DNA of 63,688 nt, counting the filler, from Octopus bimaculoides (lineage: Eukaryota): assembly GCF_001194135.2 (NCBI RefSeq). It is 5 parts of 5 records of this genome, joined end to end, with 100 filler letters (N's around TTAATTAATTAA, not from the genome) between each part and the next. Parts side by side here need not be neighbours in the genome. Positions count along the whole stretch, not along the records: positions 48,366 to 63,688 come from NC_068990.1; 4 more parts are not named here. The stretch is one strand, 5' to 3'. Below, piece by piece: positions 51,121-63,688 of the stretch. How positions within the stretch are numbered: the stretch's first letter is position 1; the number at the start of each line of letters is the position of its first letter. A model generated the notes under the pieces. It was not told where the DNA came from and ran no database searches. It was given only the letters and a program-made list of their open reading frames with translations. Position numbers and translations under genes: made by a program.

Positions 51121-51674
51121 CATACATACACATCACAGGCTTTTTCATTCTTCCGTCTACGAAATTCACCCAAGGCTTTCGTCGGCCCAGATCTCTAATG
51201 GAAGACACTAAAGTTACTGCACAATGAGAATGAACCCAAAGCACATGGTTTGGAAGCAAGTTTCTTACTATAAAGAACTGCCTAACACTATATTCATTTT
51301 TTTGTGCCTTACAGAATGAAAGTATAATGTCATTGACCTATTGATGGTCATTTAGACTAGTGGGAGAAAAAGAGAAATATGGAAGCAACCCACATATACT
51401 ATATAAGTGAAGTTTAAAACTCAGCTTTGTTGTAGGCAAAAATACCACGCAGGACGTGTAAAACCTAAAAGGACAAACAAGGATATGAATTCGAATAGTA
51501 TGTCTGAGAGTAAACACCTTGTGGATCGTTCTAGATACCAAATACATGTACGGAAATGGCTTTCATATGCCTATGGCTATAGCAGACGACACTTGCTGAA
51601 GGTGCTATGCAGTGGGATTGAAACCGGAGAAATGTGGTTGAGGGCAAACTTTTGCCTGCATACAGATACAGACA

Positions 51675-51759
<85 letters not shown>

Positions 51760-52009
51760 AGATGAAGTATGGGTAACGCTAAGAGGGAAATCCTAAAGGA
51801 TTGGAAACAAAAGGGCAACAAACAGCGGAACAGGTTGAAGTGGGTACTAGAGAAATTACGACCGGCTGATTCAGCACACAGCGTGAAAAAAAGAAAGAGA
51901 AAGAGAGAGAGAGAGGGGGAGAAAAAGAGGGTGTAATGAAGAGACAGAGAGAGAGAAAAAAACAGAAGAAAGGCTAAAAAGAAATATATGTGTGGTATTT
52001 TGTCCCTGA

Positions 52010-52165
52010 CTTGTCTCTCATTATGTGTTTACGTATTAACTTAGCGGTCCGGAAAAAAAAGCCAACAGAATAAGTACCTGGCATAAAACGTAAGCAGTCG
52101 GATTGATTCGTTTTACTCAAATATCTCCAGGGTAGTGCTCTAGCATGACCGCAGTCCATTGGCTG
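52010..52165 (+). mobile_element. SINE family A, 3' part
   Basis: ttaacttagcggtccggaaaa..aataagtac..gtgctctagcatgaccgcagtcca. Confidence 0.65.
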
Positions 52166-52228
52166 GAGCAAGTACAAGATTATATATATATATATATAGC
52201 CATAAATGTATACGCACGCATATATATG

Positions 52229-52269
<41 letters not shown>

Positions 52270-53169
52270 NNNNNNNNNNNNNNNNNNNNNNNNNNNNNNN
52301 NNNNNNNNNNNNNNNNNNNNNNNNNNNNNNNNNNNNNNNNNNNNNNNNNNNNNNNNNNNNNNNNNNNNNNNNNNNNNNNNNNNNNNNNNNNNNNNNNNNN
52401 NNNNNNNNNNNNNNNNNNNNNNNNNNNNNNNNNNNNNNNNNNNNNNNNNNNNNNNNNNNNNNNNNNNNNNNNNNNNNNNNNNNNNNNNNNNNNNNNNNNN
52501 NNNNNNNNNNNNNNNNNNNNNNNNNNNNNNNNNNNNNNNNNNNNNNNNNNNNNNNNNNNNNNNNNNNNNNNNNNNNNNNNNNNNNNNNNNNNNNNNNNNN
52601 NNNNNNNNNNNNNNNNNNNNNNNNNNNNNNNNNNNNNNNNNNNNNNNNNNNNNNNNNNNNNNNNNNNNNNNNNNNNNNNNNNNNNNNNNNNNNNNNNNNN
52701 NNNNNNNNNNNNNNNNNNNNNNNNNNNNNNNNNNNNNNNNNNNNNNNNNNNNNNNNNNNNNNNNNNNNNNNNNNNNNNNNNNNNNNNNNNNNNNNNNNNN
52801 NNNNNNNNNNNNNNNNNNNNNNNNNNNNNNNNNNNNNNNNNNNNNNNNNNNNNNNNNNNNNNNNNNNNNNNNNNNNNNNNNNNNNNNNNNNNNNNNNNNN
52901 NNNNNNNNNNNNNNNNNNNNNNNNNNNNNNNNNNNNNNNNNNNNNNNNNNNNNNNNNNNNNNNNNNNNNNNNNNNNNNNNNNNNNNNNNNNNNNNNNNNN
53001 NNNNNNNNNNNNNNNNNNNNNNNNNNNNNNNNNNNNNNNNNNNNNNNNNNNNNNNNNNNNNNNNNNNNNNNNNNNNNNNNNNNNNNNNNNNNNNNNNNNN
53101 NNNNNNNNNNNNNNNNNNNNNNNNNNNNNNNNNNNNNNNNNNNNNNNNNNNNNNNNNNNNNNNNNNNNN

Positions 53170-53205
<36 letters not shown>

Positions 53206-53337
53206 AAGGATAAGATTACTTTAATCCGCACCCTTTAAAATAATTATTTATATAATTATAGATTAGTATATATATTTATATTATATTATATATCATATTT
53301 ATATTATATTATATTATATTATATTATACCACATTAG

Positions 53338-53450
53338 AGGAAAAAAATCAAAACCAAAGCAGAACGAGTATCTCAGTCATTTAGAATAATTTAATGAGTA
53401 TAAGGTGAATGACTTGAGATAATCGTTCTGTCTTGGTTTTCATTTTTCCT
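53338..53450. repeat. Imperfect foldback (~44-bp arms, ~26-nt loop)
   Basis: aggaaaaaaatcaaaaccaaagcagaacgagtatctcagtcatt pairs with aatgacttgagataatcgttctgtcttggttttcatttttcct. Confidence 0.7.
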
Positions 53451-53843
53451 TTAATATGACATATACTTTCTATAACGGAACCCTAACACGGATCCTTAGA
53501 TCCAGCATTAGTTGTGATCTTGGAACCTAACGGTCGACCGGCTATGGCACTTGCCCAAAGTACCTATTCGTTCAGATCACTGCCTCATCTTCGAAACACC
53601 TAGTTTAGAATAGAAGCAGCTGATGAAGGAAAATGTCCATATGTGGCTTGTCTGTTTTCATATGTGTTCATTCTGTTGTCCGTAAAAAAGTTCGTTTTTT
53701 GTGCTTTGTTTATGTTCCCGTTCCGCTTTTTTTTGTCCACGTATTTTTGACGTCCTGTACCCGGATATGTATCTATATATACATGTAGATGTAGGTATGT
53801 ACATATATGTATATATGCATATGCTCACATATCATTTGTATTA

Positions 53844-53879
<36 letters not shown>

Positions 53880-54396
53880 ATATATACATGTATATGTATA
53901 TATACCTGTATATACATGTATATGTATATGTACTAATACATATAAAAAATCTTAATTATAAACACACAGACACACACACACACACACATAGATGTATATT
54001 TATACACTATAAGAAAGGAGAAAGTGGTGTACTCAATACAGTATGTAGAGTTTCGTATATCATATATATACATGAATGTGTATGCATGTATATATTTAAA
54101 TAAACTTTGTACGTTTTCGTAACTGTATGAGTATGGACGTCTTTGTGAGAATATATGTGTGGAGTGGTTTGTGTATGTGTGTAATTCCTTATACTTTGCT
54201 TGCGCCAAAATATACGTACATGAGATATGACCATACATAATGATGTAACATAATCGTGAATAAATACATGCAAAGTTCTCGTAAAATATATTCTCCATCG
54301 CCAAAAGAATGGAGAGTGTTAACATATGCACACTTACACAGATAAACACAAAAACACACAACACTCGTAAATGCATGTGTGTATTGTATGTGTATC

Positions 54397-54436
<40 letters not shown>

Positions 54437-54936
54437 CGTGTGTGTGTGTGTGTATGTGCGCGTGCGTGCGTGCGTGCATATATACGTAAATGAATATTTG
54501 TTTGAAAGATAAAGAATGAGAAATAGAAATAGAGATTGTAAAAATGAAATAGCAGAGTAGAGAGAAACGTGAATATAAATATCGATCGATACAACAAATA
54601 ATGCGTGCGTGTGTCTGTGTGTGTGTGTGTGCAATACATATACATATACATACATACATACATACATATATATATATATAATATATNNNNNNNNNNNNNN
54701 NNNNNNNNNNNNNNNNNNNNNNNNNNNNNNNNNNNNNNNNNNNNNNNNNNNNNNNNNNNNNNNNNNNNNNNNNNNNNNNNNNNNTATATATATATATATG
54801 TATGTATGTATATGTATATATATATGTATGTATATACGTACATACATACATACATACATACATATATAGATACATATGCATGTATGGAGACACAGATACG
54901 TGTACACATGCATCTGAATGCTTATGCGTGAGTTTA

Positions 54937-54976
<40 letters not shown>

Positions 54977-55138
54977 TGTGCGTGTGTGTGTTTTAATCAA
55001 AGCACATTTGAATTATACAAGAGTGTGTATTTACTTACATGTTTGTATTTACATACACTGTTTTGTGTTTTCAAATATCAACATAACAAGCAGGTATGCA
55101 GATATCATCATATATATACTTATAAGAATATCCACACA

Positions 55139-55178
<40 letters not shown>

Positions 55179-56429
55179 ATATACTACATATATTACATAC
55201 GTACATGTGCAGACGCACTCACGCAAACATACACACACATGCGCACACACTCATAACACAGAGTGGGAGAAAGATCAATAGAAAAGAAAGGTAAAGAGAG
55301 AAAGATGCGAATGTATCAATACATATCTAGAAATCTGGCCACCAACACCACAAACACAAACACAACCACCACCACCACCACCACCACCACCACCACCATC
55401 AGCATCAACAACGCTGCCACCACCATCGCCAGCAATAGCGTTCTCACTGCCAACATCTCTATGGCGGCCATGTCATCTTTCTGTGTCCAGTAAAATACTG
55501 TATCGCCTCTACTATGTAAACTCTCAGATTTCACCATATCGGCGCCAAGATATGTCACTCACGGGAAATCAGATAGTATTATCATTGTTATCAGAAACTG
55601 CACACCGTTTGCGGCGGCGCCATTTTGTGTGGGGCCGCTTGTGTATTTCAATTAAAGTTTCAATGTTGCCACATTAGTATTCATCACCGGGCTGCATGGC
55701 TGGCTTTCTTCTCATCGTGTGTAAGCTTCTGTGGATATTCTATGTACACATGCATGCATGTATATGTGTATTTATGTAGTTCTGTATCTGTGTGTGTATT
55801 GTTGCATGTATCGTATGTAGATGTGTGCGCGTGTATATATGAGTATATATGCTTGTGTGTGCGTGCCTGTGTGTGCATGTGTGAGTGTATGTGTGTATAT
55901 GTATGCGTATATATACATATGCACATACGCATATATATTCATATATACATATATATATATATANNNNNNNNNNNNNNNNNNNNNNNNNNNNNNNNNNNNN
56001 NNNNNNNNNNNNNNNNNNNNNNNNNNNNNNNNNNNNNNNNNNNNNNNNNNNNNNNNNNNNNNNNNNNNNNNNNNNNNNNNNNNNNNNNNNNNNNNNNNNN
56101 NNNNNNNNNNNNNNNNNNNNNNNNNNNNNNNNNNNNNNNNNNNNNNNNNNNNNNNNNNNNNNNNNNNNNNNNNNNNNNNNNNNNNNNNNNNNNNNNNNNN
56201 NNNNNNNNNNNNNNNNNNNNNNNNNNNNNNNNNNNNNNNNNNNNNNNNNNNNNNNNNNNNNNNNNNNNNNNNNNNNNNNNNNNNNNNNNNNNNNNNNNNN
56301 NNNNNNNNNNNNNNNNNNNNNNNNNNNNNNNNNNNNNNNATATATATATATATAAATCCTTATATGTTAAACGTGTGCATTTCTATGAATACGTGAAAGT
56401 GAGTGTACAATAGTATTCGTGGATACATA

Positions 56430-56451
56430 ATTATTGTTGTTGTCGTTGTTG

Positions 56452-56525
<74 letters not shown>

Positions 56526-56700
56526 TGTGCATTTGTTTTTCTTCTGCAATCGAGTTAAATGTGGGAAACGTTGTGAGAAAATCAGAATTTGCATCAACAT
56601 CATCATCATCATCATCATCATCATTATCATCATCATCATCATTATCATCATCATCATCATTATCATCATCATCATCATTATCATCATCATCATCATCATA

Positions 56701-56765
<65 letters not shown>
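56430..56765. repeat. Compound trinucleotide microsatellite cluster (TAG)n/(ATC)n/(ATT)n
   Basis: Read directly from sequence. Confidence 0.95.
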
Positions 56766-56768
<3 letters not shown>

Positions 56769-59029
56769 AGCCGCCGAGCATCCTTTCAGGGTCAATAAAT
56801 TAAATACCAGTGAAACACTACTCCCTTCCCCAAAAATTTCAGGCCTTGTGTTTATAGTAGTAAGGATTATTTTTATTATTTGTTTATTTATTTATTTATC
56901 ATTTTGCCTAGATACCGTGTAGGGGTAGGGTGGAGGACTGGAAACTAGGACTAATATCGCTCTGTAACTACTTAACTACTGGTTGTCTCTCTCGGTCCAG
57001 CGTGGGCATGAATCTACAAGTAGAAATCGAACCTGAATAGAGTGTAGGAAATAAATTACCCCCGAATGTTTTTTTATTATTCATTTTTATTAATCTCTCA
57101 TTCGCCCTCGTCTGGAAAACTATTGTCTCATTTGGGTTCCTTTCTCTGCTAACTCGTATACATTCACCCTTTCATCAAGTTCAAAAGAGTGTTTCTAACA
57201 TCGTTGGTCCTGTTTTTGGCAGTTAAACATCAACCGTTCCCTCGTTTCCTAGGCATTGGCTCTTTACTTCTGTCCTATAAATACTTCCAATAGTTATTGC
57301 TTTGGTGAGTTTTCTTGCATCGCCTCTTAAAATTACAAATTAAGCGTCTAATCTTTCTATTAACTCTCAACCTTTGTCCTTTTTTGTAAGATCTGTTAAT
57401 GCCAGTAATTTCTTTCTTCAAACATGTCTTAAATACATAGGCATATAATAAGTATATCAAATACCGTACAACATAAATCCTTGATTTATTAAATTTATCT
57501 CCACCTCAAGAGGATGTAGCAAAATTACCAGATGACAAGGTGGGCTAACCTCAAGAATCAAGAATGTTCCAAAGCTGACATGATATTAAGGGAAAATACA
57601 GGCTTATGTGAGATGAGTCATGGTCACGTGTTTCTGTTTCAATAAGTGTCATCAGCATAGGCATTATTCAACCCTGTCTCCATTAACTTAAGGAAAAAGA
57701 GTAGAATACATTTCTGGTCTAGGTAATTTGAATAATTTAAACAAAAATTAGTTAAGAGAGATAATTCAGAGTTGTCAGTGGCGTATATTAGAGCATAGAC
57801 AAATACAGGTATATTAAATACCATACAACATAAATTCTCGATTTATTAAAATTATTTTCACCTCTAGATGATGTGACTCTTCTTTCTCGTAATGTGCTTG
57901 TGTCTCCCAGGAAGCATGCTTATAGTATAGCATAGTATTGTAAGACAACAGGGTAACATTCATTGTAGTGCCTCTACTAATGGTGTAAACTTGTTGTCTT
58001 TCTATACTACACTTTCTTCTTGTTTTCTAGATAAATATGGTCATAATTTTTTTTTAATTTTGCGTTTATGGTTTTACAATTCTTAGACCATCTTCGCTTT
58101 TCATTTGTAGCTCCCAACTTATTAAATGGTTTCTTGAATCTGGTTTTATTGTAAGTTACTTGAAATCTTGTTGAGGGTATCTTCAGGTAAAAGAAGAGAG
58201 TGAAGAAACAGGTTGATTCCTTAATCATTTAAGAATAAAAACTAAATATTGCCTATGCAGGACATCACCAATTATATCTAGTTTCCGAATTTACCCACTT
58301 GTGAAAAAAAATGTTATTCATATCTTCATTTTCCAACCAAACACTATTGCACGAACTAATAGGGAGCTAAAAGGGGTCGAAACACTGTGGTGTTTCAAAG
58401 TCCTCTCATACAGGTGAAACGCGTGCGGTACAAACATATATCGCCTAAAGAGATGCTCTCCGATGACGAAAAGCAACCACAATCAGATAATCGTGTTCAA
58501 ATCTTCCAAAACGCATTAAGAATGAATAGAAATGCTACTGTTTGAATACTCGCTATTCCGTATGCACCCTATGAATTATTTTCTTCTCTTTTTTTTCATC
58601 GTCTAATTCTTAGTTTAGTTTTCACTTACTATTCGTGTCCAGGAGGATCTTATTTCTAAAAACGCTAGCTGTCATTTCTAGCATGTAGCGTAACAAACAA
58701 CTGAAGTGTATCATATCGAATGAAGTTTGTAATTTCAGAACGGAACTAGGAAAATTAAAAGAAGTGGAATGAAATTATAAATTAAAAGCCTTTATTCAAT
58801 ATGATCATGAATATAAGCCACGAATAGGCGGGAAATATTATCAACTTACCCATCGTACATATATATATGTATATATANNNNNNNNNNNNNNNNNNNNNNN
58901 NNNNNNNNNNNNNNNNNNNNNNNNNNNNNNNNNNNNNNNNNNNNNNNNNNNNNNNNNNNNNNNNNNNNNNNNNNNNNNNNNNNNNNNNNNNNNNNNNNNN
59001 NNNNNNNNNNNNNNNNNNNNNNNNNNNNN

Positions 59030-60252
59030 AAGTAAATAGATACCTTTAATTTTCAAAATCTTTTATTTAATACGCAAAGCGAACAATTGAAATGTAATCG
59101 ATAAGTAGGATTACATACTTTAGTATTTAGTTGACATTCCCTTTGCAGTTTTTAATTCAGAAACTCTTTTCGGCATTGAACTGAGCTTTGTGATTGTCTC
59201 TTGTAGAATTTCTGCCCACTTTTCACGCAACAATCGAAACAATTCATCTTTAGATTTAGGTTTCTGTTGAGTTTTTCGTATAGTTCTATCTAGTATGCTC
59301 CAAAGATTTTCAATTGGGTTCATGTCAGGAGATTGGCTCGGCAAAGGAATCTTTTTGGTTCCATTTTCAGTCAGCCATTATTTATTCTTTTTCGCTGTGC
59401 AGCATGGAGCCCCATCTCCCATGAATAAAAACTCATTTTTCGTTATGTTATCATGTGAATGCATCGGAAGTAGTCCCTGCTTAAGTACTTCGATATATTT
59501 TTCAGAGTTTTGGTTCCAACACATTCCATCTGCTTAGAACGACCATTGCTGGTGACATCCCCATACCATTACAGAGATACCGCCATGTTTCACAATTGGT
59601 TGGAGTCGTTTCAAATCAAATTCTTGATAGGGAAGCCTCCAGACCCAAGCACGTCCACTGTCTGAAAATAATGCAAATCTGGATTCATCTGAGAATGAAC
59701 TGAATATTTCTGACATCTGCTTATCCCATTTCTTTCTTTTCATGATATTAATTGGCTAAAGGAGAAGTTTACTTCTAGCTGCTCGTCCATAATACCCAAA
59801 CTTATGCAGATATGTAACACGCGTTCTTGGACTGTTTTGCAATGTCAGAAGCCTTCGAACAGGGTTCTTTTCCACAATTCTCTTCAAACAGTGAAGTTTC
59901 CTTTCCGAGGGCCCAGGTCGGCCGGGACGAGGATCTGTTGATTCTTTTGCTTGGCTTTTGAATTGCGCTATAATTCTATTAACAGTAGTAAGAGGAATTT
60001 GAAGATTTTCGGCAATTTTTTTCTGGTAAGATCAGCCTCAGATTGCCCAACAGTACGACTTCTTTGAAAATCTGACGGTTCTGCAGAATTTTTTTGTGCG
60101 TAGCAAGGTTACTCTTCGCAAATGTTTACTACAATGGCACCTGGAAAGAAAAAGAATAATTACATTGTAAATCTTACATACACCGTTGAAAACATATTAA
60201 GACGCTTAGTTTTGAAAATTAAAGTTGTCTATTTACTTTCTGCATATCTGTG
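59030..60252 (-). mobile_element. Near full-length Tc1-family DNA transposon (DD34E), inactivated
   Basis: HTH ..[23 protein letters not shown]; FSDESRF; [12 protein letters not shown]; FMGDGAPC; SPDMNPIENLW, with 34 residues between D2 and E. TIR cacagatatgcagaaagtaaatagac..aattttcaaaa at the right end with TA; left TIR (agtaaataga..aattttcaaaa) runs into a gap. Stops and frameshifts present. Confidence 0.93.
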
Positions 60253-60349
60253 TACGTATGTATATATATATATATAAACATAAATTAGAAAATTACTATT
60301 TGTAATTCTCACAACGAGAGATATTCAGCAACAGTATTTTGGAGAAAAG

Positions 60350-60744
60350 ATTATTTGCCAATATAACATGGCAGTCCTGGTTTAAGACGAATGTTGCTGT
60401 AGGCGCTGCCAAATTCCCGTTCGAAATATATAGTTTTCAAAGTGATAACTAGTCGCTGATCACTTTGAAAACTATATATTTCATTTGAAAACTATATATT
60501 TCGAACGGGAATTTGGCAGCGCCACCGCAAGCCGAACAATTATTCTGTGCTGATGAAGGGAAATAACCCGGAAATCGCGATACACAGATATTGTTTTGAA
60601 CTGAGTGGAGGTGCTAGATTCCCTTGTTCGAAAATTTAAGGACACAGATCGTGTCGTATAGCCAGCTGGAGACGATTCTCCTGGGGTTAAATTACAGCAA
60701 CATTCGTCCTAAACCAGGACTGCCATGTGACGTTGGCAAATAAT
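60350..60744. mobile_element. Nested foldback element: 52-bp outer inverted repeats plus an inner 45-bp hairpin
   Basis: Outer arms 60350-60401 / 60693-60744; inner arms 60402-60446 / 60459-60523 with a 20-nt internal duplication. Confidence 0.85.
60544..60588 (+). ncRNA. Candidate minimal type I hammerhead ribozyme (PLE-type)
   Basis: Stem I tctgtg/cacaga; core CTGATGA; stem II GGG-aaataa-CCC flanked by extra A/G; GAAA; palindromic stem III ATCGCGAT; predicted cleavage after A60582. Confidence 0.5.
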
Positions 60745-60784
60745 ATTTATTCTATATATATATATATATTCCTATGTGTATTCA

Positions 60785-60811
60785 TATTTAATAGATAGAT
60801 AAATAGATTGG

Positions 60812-60895
<84 letters not shown>

Positions 60896-60960
60896 GAGAC
60901 AGACAGACAATTAGACAGACAGACAGACAGACAGACAGATAGACAGACAGACAGACAGAC

Positions 60961-61012
<52 letters not shown>
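60785..61012. repeat. (GATA)n/(GACA)n microsatellite, tail of the adjacent RTE
   Basis: Read directly from sequence. Confidence 0.95.
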
Positions 61013-61014
<2 letters not shown>

Positions 61015-61285
61015 AACCACCTTCCTTAACCACTATTGCTGGGAAGGTCATGGTAGTAGAGTCGCCAGGGCACTTCCTCCATAAGCGTTCTTTAAGAAAC
61101 AACCGTCATTAGACTTTCATGTTGGATTCCCAAACATGACCAACGAAGACTATGGATATTATCCAACCATCTTATTTTTTGTGTACCTCTAGGTTTCCCG
61201 CCGGTTGACTCAGCTTAAAGAATCCGTACCACGATTATTTTCAGCGACAATCTAATCACATGTCCATAATACCGGAACTATGAGT
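61013..61285 (-). mobile_element. RTE-clade LINE 3' end
   Basis: Reverse strand: ..YYGHVIRL..GKPRG..KIRWLDNI..RTLMEE/WRKC, ending in a (TCTA)n tail. Confidence 0.7.
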
Positions 61286-62358
61286 TTTGAAAGTGTGTGT
61301 ATATGTGTACGTATATTTTCACCTGGGAAACTCCGTGTACCTATGCTAGTATAAATTGTACGTTTAAAAACCCTACAGAAAATCCTTAGGCGTCTTGAGA
61401 AACGTATTATACATAAATATGCTTAATAAAAGTAGATAAGTAATAGTTTCTATATATTTTCAAAATATTTAACTTTAAAATTCTAAGCAGGGTTAATTTT
61501 GCAGTGAAAAACATAAAAACAATATATACCAGGATCTAATATTAGTTTTCATTTTCTTAGCAAGTATGAAGAGTGGTACTAGACAAGTTTTAATTTTATT
61601 CTAACTACATCAGCAAAACATATCCTTTCTCTAAAAATGCATAAACAAACGTATTTTATAGTTAAACTATTCCATTTTAACACTTAGTAACTTCCCCACG
61701 CTGCATCGTAAGAACTATGTTCCTCCTGTTGTGTGAGCATTACTCTGTCGTCACTGGAAACTTTAGATCTGTCTACCTCACTACCTATCTATCTGTTTCT
61801 TTGAAAATAGGGTGTAAGAAATACTAAAAATCCAATAAACTTGTGATGCTTTGTCTTCAAATATTTATTTAAGACACCTTACTTCCCTGCTTTTCCTTTT
61901 CCATTTTCTTTCTTTTCCTTTTTTTCCAAATATGATCTGATTTACAAAACCATCTGAAGTTTAGCAGAATATTCTTTAGCAGTGAATCCGGCTTCTCTAC
62001 CGTTAAGGAATATTGAAATAAATATTAATGAGACCATTCAATACAGATTTAAATAGATACTTACCATAAATCATAAACATTACCCACATATACATACATC
62101 TATGTTTTAGTATATATAGATACATCAATAAATCTAAACATTCTTATTTTGCAACTTCCCAGCAAACAAGATTCCAGAGAAGTCTTCAGTTTTCATACTC
62201 AGGTTCCAAAACTAATACAAATTGTCCATCCATACATCATCGATCAGTTTCGTGTTTATTGCATCAATCATAAACACGGACGTATAGTGCACATTCACAG
62301 ACAAATTTTCATATTTATGTGTATACATACATGCATACATACATACATACATATATAC

Positions 62359-62393
<35 letters not shown>

Positions 62394-62604
62394 NNNNNNN
62401 NNNNNNNNNNNNNNNNNNNNNNNNNNNNNNNNNNNNNNNNNNNNNNNNNNNNNNNNNNNNNNNNNNNNNNNNNNNNNNNNNNNNNNNNNNNNNNNNNNNN
62501 NNNNNNNNNNNNNNNNNNNNNNNNNNNNNNNNNNNNNNNNNNNNNNNNNNNNNNNNNNNNNNNNNNNNNNNNNNNNNNNNNNNNNNNNNNNNNNNNNNNN
62601 NNNN

Positions 62605-62635
<31 letters not shown>

Positions 62636-63688
62636 TATAATATATGTGTGTATGTGTGTGTGTATGTGCATATTTGTATGTATGTCTGTCTGTATGTGCG
62701 CATGTACGTGTGCGTTTAGCGTGTACGTATGTGTAGACTAGCAATAAGCCATAGCCATAGATATAGTAGTTCTGTTTGAATTATGAACCATTCCAATGTC
62801 GTTCACTGAAACACATGCCGTAACAAGAACCGACGCCTATATTGAAAGAACCATTATTTTTGCAAAGTCAATGTCATAGCATAGAATTTATATTGGAATC
62901 GAATTGCTGCCATATCTGCAATGCCTGATTCCAGTTTCTAGCGAATTCTTCCTAACTCGGGGTAAATGATAGAGACAGCTTGTCTCCTTCAAAATGGTAA
63001 ATTGTGTGAGATGATATTACAAGAATGAGTCCTGCATTAACAATAATTCCTTACTTAGAGACAAGGGCACAGTATTTTTGGCGGTGGAAAAATTCGATAA
63101 ATCGAAGTACTTCATTTATATTTACTTTATGAATTTCGGAAGAACGAGAAAAAAAAAACAATCTCAGTAGGATTTGAACTCAGGCCGTTAAAGGACTAAA
63201 TAATATTCTTAGGCATTTTAGCTGTCACTCTGCCGATTCTGCCAAACTTCTGCATTGGTCTGCCATAGTAACAATGCATAACATTGCCACAAACTACACA
63301 TATTTGGTGGAGGTAAGTGATTACCAAAATTTAATGATGGTAACGATGTTGGTGGTGAAGGTGGCGATGGTGATGCTTCTGATGGTGGTGATGGTGATGC
63401 TACTGGTGGGGAAGATACTTGAAGTAATTGCGGTGGGGATGACGGTGAAGGAGATAATGGTCTTAACGAGGATTATGATGATAATATTGGTCTTGCTAGT
63501 GCTGTTGGTAATGATTAGGACGATGTGCATCTTTTAAATAATTTTGTACAAAGATACCAAATACTTTACATTAAGAAATCATAATACTAATTAGCAAGTA
63601 ATTGAACGAGAATCATGATGGGATATATGTGTATGTGTGTGTTCGTACATATGTGTGTATTTGTGCAAGTATATATATGTGTATATAT

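Noticed and set aside
57610-57665. Second hammerhead-like string (CTGATGA..GAAACACGTG) on the minus strand
   Set aside because: Stem II cannot form and the U16.1 position is missing.
60141-60181. Possible 5'UTR intron in the Tc1 (gtatgt..ttctttccag)
   Set aside because: Only about 37-43 nt, probably too short to splice; unsupported.
1-63688. Most ORFs in the supplied track ([12 protein letters not shown], poly-X and similar)
   Set aside because: They are translations of microsatellites and N-gaps, with no splice or homology support.
28875-63688. WSB orthologue predicted by vertebrate synteny downstream of RFC5
   Set aside because: No WD40 or SOCS-box exons recognised by eye on either strand; gaps and artificial joins prevent a firm negative.

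Overview
AT-rich eukaryotic genomic DNA, dense in microsatellites and transposable elements, with many N-gaps. The SINE families and repeat landscape suggest an octopus/cephalopod draft assembly (inference). Two protein-coding genes are supported, arranged head-to-head with only 341 bp between their start codons. (1) RFC5 (replication factor C subunit 5) lies on +. Coding exons 1-9 were reconstructed by hand (21772..28658, 281 codons). The gene has a GC-AG intron 3 and a U12-type intron 8; the two expected 3' exons were not found and probably lie in a gap. (2) A KSR (kinase suppressor of Ras) first coding exon lies on - (21269..21430); no further KSR exon was found, so 1..21268 is probably KSR intron 1. 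The rest is tRNA-derived SINEs of at least three families, decayed LINEs (RTE, CR1/L2-like, RLE-type R4/Dong-like), a Penelope-like RT remnant, a near-complete Tc1 (DD34E), a mariner MITE, a pogo/Tigger fragment, foldbacks, one candidate minimal hammerhead ribozyme, mini/microsatellites and four artificial TTAATTAATTAA gap linkers. Almost all ORFs in the supplied track are artefacts of repeats or gaps. I found no convincing wholly new multi-gene system. The best leads are the compact KSR/RFC5 bidirectional locus, the non-canonical introns and the hammerhead-like motif in a nested foldback.
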